Positions 54,871-64,000 of a DNA stretch of 64,000 nt are shown in pieces (the stretch's first letter is position 1; every line of letters begins with the position of its first letter). The notes beneath the pieces were generated by a model that did not search any database, was not told the origin of the DNA, and saw only the letters and a program-made list of their open reading frames with translations. Where the stretch lies: NCBI GenBank assembly GCA_963766715.1, contig CAVYBH010000007.1, forward strand, positions 68,566 to 132,565. Reading direction: 5' to 3'. The DNA comes from an uncultured delta proteobacterium (lineage in GTDB: Bacteria > Myxococcota > Myxococcia > Myxococcales > Anaeromyxobacteraceae). A program made the translations under genes and the position numbers.

Positions 54871-55971
54871 CTACCGCTGGGGCACCCCACCCACGTTCCG
54901 GGTCCCGGTACCGCTCGTCAGCATGTTCTTCAGCTCCTCCGTGTCGCTGGAGCGCCCCATGGCCTCGTCGACCGTGATGAGGCGCCTCTGGACCAGGGAC
55001 GCGAGGCTCTGGTTGAAGGTCTGCATCCCGAACTTGGTCTGGCCGATCTGCATCTGGGAGTAGACCTGGTGGACCTTGTCCTCGCGGATGAGGTTCCGGA
55101 TGGCGGGGTTCGGGATCATGATCTCCATGGCCAGGACCCGGCCCGGCGCCCCCGACCTGGGCATGAGGTTCTGCGTGATCACGCCCTCGAGCACGAAGGA
55201 GAGCTGGGCCCGCACCTGCGGCTGCTGGTAGGGAGGGAAGACGTCGAGGATGCGGTTGATGGTCTGCACGCAGCTGTTGGTGTGCAGCGTCGCGAAGGCC
55301 AGGTGGCCGGTCTCGGAGATCACCAGCGCGGCCTCGATGGTCTCGAGGTCCCGCATCTCGCCGATGAGGACCACGTCCGGGTCCTGGCGCAGGATGTACT
55401 TGAGCGCCTTCTTGAAGGACACGGTGTCCGCCCCCACCTCGCGCTGGTTCACGATGCAGTTCTTGTGGGGGTGCAGGTACTCGATCGGATCCTCGATGGT
55501 GATGATGTGCTCGTGCCGGTCGGTGTTGATCTGGTCGATGATCGAGGCCAGCGTGGTGGACTTGCCCGAGCCCGTCGGGCCCGTGACCAGCACCAGCCCG
55601 CGCGGCTTCTTGGCCAGGTCGTTCACGATGGGCGGCAGGCCCAGCTCCTCGAAGGTCAGGATCTTGAACGGGATGGTGCGGAAGGCGCCGGCCACCGCGC
55701 CGCGCTGCATGAAGACGTTGGCGCGGAAGCGGGAGAGGGCCTTCACGCCGAAGGAGAGGTCGAGCTCGCTCTCCTCCTCGAACTTGTGCTTCTGGGCGTC
55801 GGTGAGGATCGAGTAGCAGAGCTGCTTCGTCTCCACCGGGGAGAGCGGGCTCGTCTTCAGCGGCACCAGCTTGCCGTCGATCCGCAGCTGCGGCGGCGAG
55901 CCGGTGGTGATGTGGAGGTCGCTCGCCCCCTTCTCGACCATCGCCTTGAGGAGCTGATGGAGGTTGGCCAC
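54871..55971 (-). CDS. pilT: Retraction ATPase PilT (intact)
   Basis: [32 protein letters not shown] motif. Confidence 0.96.
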   Translation of the reverse strand: MANLHQLLKAMVEKGASDLHITTGSPPQLRIDGKLVPLKTSPLSPVETKQLCYSILTDAQKHKFEEESELDLSFGVKALSRFRANVFMQRGAVAGAFRTIPFKILTFEELGLPPIVNDLAKKPRGLVLVTGPTGSGKSTTLASIIDQINTDRHEHIITIEDPIEYLHPHKNCIVNQREVGADTVSFKKALKYILRQDPDVVLIGEMRDLETIEAALVISETGHLAFATLHTNSCVQTINRILDVFPPYQQPQVRAQLSFVLEGVITQNLMPRSGAPGRVLAMEIMIPNPAIRNLIREDKVHQVYSQMQIGQTKFGMQTFNQSLASLVQRRLITVDEAMGRSSDTEELKNMLTSGTGTRNVGGVPQR

Positions 55972-55981
55972 GGTCACTCTC

Positions 55982-57584
<1,603 letters not shown>

Positions 57585-58341
57585 TGGGGCTGCTGGTAGG
57601 GCGGGAAGACGTCGAGGATGCGGTTGATGGTCTGCACGCAGCTGTTGGTGTGCAGGGTCGCGAAGGCCAGGTGGCCGGTCTCGGAGACGACCAGCGCCGC
57701 CTCGATGGTCTCGAGGTCGCGCATCTCGCCGATGAGCACCACGTCCGGGTCCTGGCGCAGGATGTACTTGAGCGCCTTCTTGAAGGACTGGGTGTCGGCC
57801 CCCACCTCGCGCTGGTTCACCAGGCAGTTCTTGTGGGGGTGGAGGTACTCGATGGGGTCCTCGATGGTGATGATGTGCTCGTGACGGTCGGTGTTGACCT
57901 TGTCGATGATCGAGGCCAGCGTCGTCGACTTGCCCGAGCCGGTGGGCCCGGTGACCAGCACGAGCCCGCGCGGCTTCTTGGCCAGCTCGGTCACCACCGG
58001 GGGGCAGCCCCAGCTCCGGAGAAGGAGAGGATCTTGAAGGGGATGGTGCGGAAGGCCCCGGCCACGGCGCCGCGCTGCATGAAGACGTTGGCGCGGAAGC
58101 GGGAGAGCGACTTCACGCCGAAGGAGAGGTCGAGCTCGGTCTCCTCCTCGAAGCGGTGCTTCTGGGCGTCGGTGAGGATCGAGTAGCAGAGCTGCTTCGT
58201 CTCCACCGGCGTGAGCGGGTTGGTCTTGAGCGGCACCAGCTTGCCGTCGATGCGGAGCTGGGGCGGCGAGCCGGTGGTGATGTGCAGGTCGCTCGCGCCC
58301 TTCTCGACCATCGCCTTGAGCAGCTGATGAAGGTTGGCCAC
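57585..58341 (-). pseudogene. pilT: 3'-truncated second pilT copy fused to the pilB fragment
   Basis: ANLHQLLK to VFPPYQQP, then an abrupt switch to PilB sequence; indel near 58010. Confidence 0.75.
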
Positions 58342-58351
58342 GATCTTCCTC

Positions 58352-60056
<1,705 letters not shown>

Positions 60057-60099
60057 GTGGCCACTCTCCCCCGGGATCGAGCGGGCTGGAAGAAATTCG

Positions 60100-60129
60100 A
60101 CGGTAGCACCGCGTTTCCGGAGCGGTCAA
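60100..60129 (-). promoter_or_regulatory. Candidate sigma70 promoter for pilB-pilT
   Basis: TTGACC-N18-TACCGT with TG extension. Confidence 0.55.
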
Positions 60130-60183
60130 GGAACGGTGGGGCGCAAGCCCCCGGAATCCGGCCTGGTTTTCGAGCGCGCCCGG

Positions 60184-61161
60184 TCAGCGATCCCGGGAGC
60201 GCGGCGCAGGAGGTCCCGCGCCGCCGCCGGCGTCGGCGGCGATCTGGGACCGGAGCGCGTCGAGGGAGGGGAAGCGCCGCTCGGGCCGGATCCGGCCGAC
60301 GAACTCGACCCGGACCCGCTCCCCGTAGAGGTCGCTCCCGTCGTGCCCGAGGAGGTGGGCCTCGAGCCCCACCGGTCCGGACTCCTCGACGGTGGGCTTC
60401 ACCCCGACGTTGCAGACCGCGTCGAAGGTCCGGGCCCCGCCGGCGTGGGATACCCCGTCGGGGCGCAGGCCGACCCCGAGCCGGGCCCGGGCCGCGTAGA
60501 CGCCCAGGGCGGGGAGGAGCCCCTCCGGGCGCAGGTTGGCGGTGGCGAACCCGATGGCCCGCCCGCGGCCGGCGCCCCGCTCCACCACCGCCTCGACGTC
60601 GTGCGGCCGCCCGAGCAGCACCGACGCCCCCTCGACGTTGCCCTCGAGCAGGAACTCCCGGACCTTGGTGGAGCTCACGGTGAGGCCGTCGGCGGTGACC
60701 GGCTGGATGACCGAGAGGCCGATGCCGCAGGCGAGCAGGAGCTCCCGCAGCGCGTCGACCCGGGCCCGCTCGTGACCCGCCGTGAAATCGTAGCCGACCA
60801 CGACGTCGGCGGCGCCCAGGCCGCTCGCACAGGTCGCGCCGCACGAAGGCGGCGGCCGGCGTGGCCGCGTAGGCCATGTCGAAGGGCAGGACCACCGCGG
60901 CGTCCATGCCCGCCTCCTCGAGGAGCTCGAGCTTGCGGGAGGGCGGCGTGAGCGTGGGCGGCGCCATGCGGCGGGCGCAGCACCCGCGCCGGGTGGGGCT
61001 CGAAGGTGAGCGCGACCGCCGGGCGCCCGGTGGGTGGCGGCGCGGGCCCGCGCCGTCTCGAGGAGCCGCCGGTGGCCCAGGTGGACCCCGTCGAAGTTGC
61101 CGATGGCGACCGCGCACCCGCGCAGGGCGGCGGCGCCGTCGAGGCCGCGGAGGACCCTCAT
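60184..61161 (-). CDS. ribF: Riboflavin kinase/FAD synthetase (frameshifted)
   Basis: AIGNFDGVHLGH, VVGYDF, VSSTKVR, GFATAN, NVGVKPT, EAHLL. Confidence 0.92.
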   Translation of the reverse strand: MRVLRGLDGAAALRGCAVAIGNFDGVHLGHRRLLETARARAATHRAPGGRAHLRAPPGAGAAPAAWRRPRSRRPPASSSSSRRRAWTPRWSCPSTWPTRPRRPPPSCGATCASGLGAADVVVGYDFTAGHERARVDALRELLLACGIGLSVIQPVTADGLTVSSTKVREFLLEGNVEGASVLLGRPHDVEAVVERGAGRGRAIGFATANLRPEGLLPALGVYAARARLGVGLRPDGVSHAGGARTFDAVCNVGVKPTVEESGPVGLEAHLLGHDGSDLYGERVRVEFVGRIRPERRFPSLDALRSQIAADAGGGAGPPAPRSRDR

Positions 61162-61570
61162 CGGCCGCCCCTTCCCGAGGCTGGCGGCGCCGGAAGGCCC
61201 GGGGGAGCAGCGCGCCGAGCGTGGTCTCGACGCGGGAGCCGCGCGCGCCCGGCGAGCGTCACCGGGAGGTCCGGGCCGGCGAACTCGGCCAGGGTCTGCA
61301 GGCACATCCCGCAGGGAGGCGTGGGCGGGACGGTGCCGCTCGCCACGGCCACGGCCTCGAGGGCGCGCCGCCCGGCCAGGACCGCGGCGCCCGACCGCCA
61401 GCGCGCTCGGCGCAGACGGTGAGCCCGTAGCTGGCGTTCTCCACGTTGGCGCCCTCGAAGACCCGGCCGCCGGCGCGGACCGCGGCCCCGACCCGGAAGC
61501 CCGAGTAGGGGGCGTAGGCGCGCCGGCGCGCCGCCGCGCGCCGCCGGCACCAGGGCGCCGCGCCTTCACG
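61158..61570 (-). CDS. cdd: Cytidine deaminase (frameshifted)
   Basis: [44 protein letters not shown]. Confidence 0.88.
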
Positions 61571-61864
61571 CGCTCCTCCAGGAACCGGTCCACCGCGCGC
61601 CGCGTCCGCCGCGTCCATGCCCGTCGAGCCGGGCGTGGGCCACGAAGGCGTCGCCCTGCGCGGTCCACCCGGAGCACCTCGCCGCCGGCGCGGGTCTCGA
61701 CGTCGGCGCCGGGGAGCAGGAAGCGCAGCTCGAGGCGGCGCGCCGGGGGATGACTCATGGTGAAGTGGATCCCGGCCGCGTCGAGCCAGCCCGGCCACTC
61801 CTCGAAGGAGCCGCCCGCGGCGGGGTCGCGGACCAGCACGTGGAAGCGGCGCTCCCGCGGTCAC
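61565..61864 (-). CDS. Degenerate PilZ-like domain, fused or coupled to cdd
   Basis: [37 protein letters not shown] resembles myxobacterial PilZ domains. Confidence 0.5.
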
Positions 61865-62707
61865 GGGCCGCCTCCGCCGCCCAGGCCGGCGACGAGCCGC
61901 GCGCAGCCGCTCCGCGGCGCCGGCCCCGGCCGCGAGCACCTCGTCGTGCGAGAGCGGCGTCGCGCGAGAGCCCGGCCGCCAGGTTGGTCACGAGCGAGAC
62001 GCGCCGCCACCCGGACGCCGGCGTGGCGGGCCGCGATCACCTCGAGGACGGTGGACATGCCCACCAGGTCGGCGCCCAGCGTCGCGGAGCATGCGGATCT
62101 CGGCCGGGGTCTCGTAGCTCGGGCCCGGCCAGGCCCGGCGTAGACCCCCTGCCCCAGCGGGATGCCGAGGCGCGCGGCGCAGGCGTCGAGCAGCCCGCCC
62201 AGCCGCGCGTCGTAGGGCTCGCTCATGTCGGGGAAGCGCGGCCCGAGCCGCTCGTCGTTCGGCCCGGTGAGCGGGTTCGCGCCGGTGAGGTTCAGGTGGT
62301 CGGTGATGCGGACCAGCGTCGCCCGGGCGCGAGCGCCGGGTTCACGGCGCCGGCGGCGTTGGTGAGGAGCAGCGAGCGGACGCCGAACCAGGCGAGGAGC
62401 CGGACCCCGAAGGTCACGTCGCTCGGCCGAGGCCCCCTCGTAGAGGTGGACGCGCCCCTGCAGGACGGCCACCGGCACGCCGCCCAGCGTGCCCCACCAC
62501 GAGCCGGCCGGCGTGGCCCGGGCACCGTGGCCGCCGGGAACTCGGGGATCTCCTCGTAGGGGATGGCGACCGCGCTCCTCGAGCCGCGTCGGCCAGCGCG
62601 CCCAGCCCGGAGCCGAGGACCATGCCCCACCGCCGGCCGGAGCTCGGTGCGGCCGCGGACCCAGGCCCGGGCGTAGTCCAGGCGCGTGTGCAGGTCGGCC
62701 GTCCGGT

Positions 62708-62711
<4 letters not shown>
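61861..62711 (-). CDS. punA: Purine nucleoside phosphorylase (frameshifted)
   Basis: [40 protein letters not shown]. Confidence 0.9.
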
Positions 62712-63958
<1,247 letters not shown>

Positions 63959-64000
63959 CCCTAGATTGTACGCCGCCTCCGTCTGTCTCACGCGATAACA

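Noticed and set aside
63959..64000. Abrupt loss of pdp similarity in the last ~40 nt
   Set aside because: Too short to interpret; probably a low-quality end rather than an insertion element

Overview
GC-rich Myxococcota (Anaeromyxobacter-like) chromosomal segment built around the main type IVa pilus (T4aP) locus. Left arm: GT2 glycosyltransferase, S41 protease, envC-ftsX-ftsE, a RomY-like protein, murI, tolQRAB, ppx, a HAD phosphatase, Omp85/tamB, sgmX, accC-accB-efp and mglC. Centre: pilQPONM, an XRE regulator, pilR2/S2, pilD and pilH; then an opposite-strand block with two complete tandem pilA transcription units, pilG, pilI and a TMTC/GT-C-like glycosyltransferase; then fimU-pilV-pilW-pilX-pilY1. 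Right arm: pilR-pilS-pilC-pilT, a diverged 2370-bp duplication that creates an in-frame PilT::PilB hybrid, pilB, ribF, a degenerate PilZ domain joined to cytidine deaminase, purine nucleoside phosphorylase and pdp. Many genes carry single-base frameshifts, densest at about 37.6-50.4 kb and 60.8-64 kb. These look like uncorrected long-read errors, so boundaries there are approximate. Most notable: the twin pilA cassettes, each with a palindromic enhancer, a sigma54 promoter, a structured leader that hides the RBS and a terminator; the candidate pilin glycosyltransferase; the PilT::PilB junction; the PilZ-Cdd unit; and a recurring leaderless promoter layout. Gene names come from recognised motifs and recalled M. 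xanthus synteny; no database search was run.
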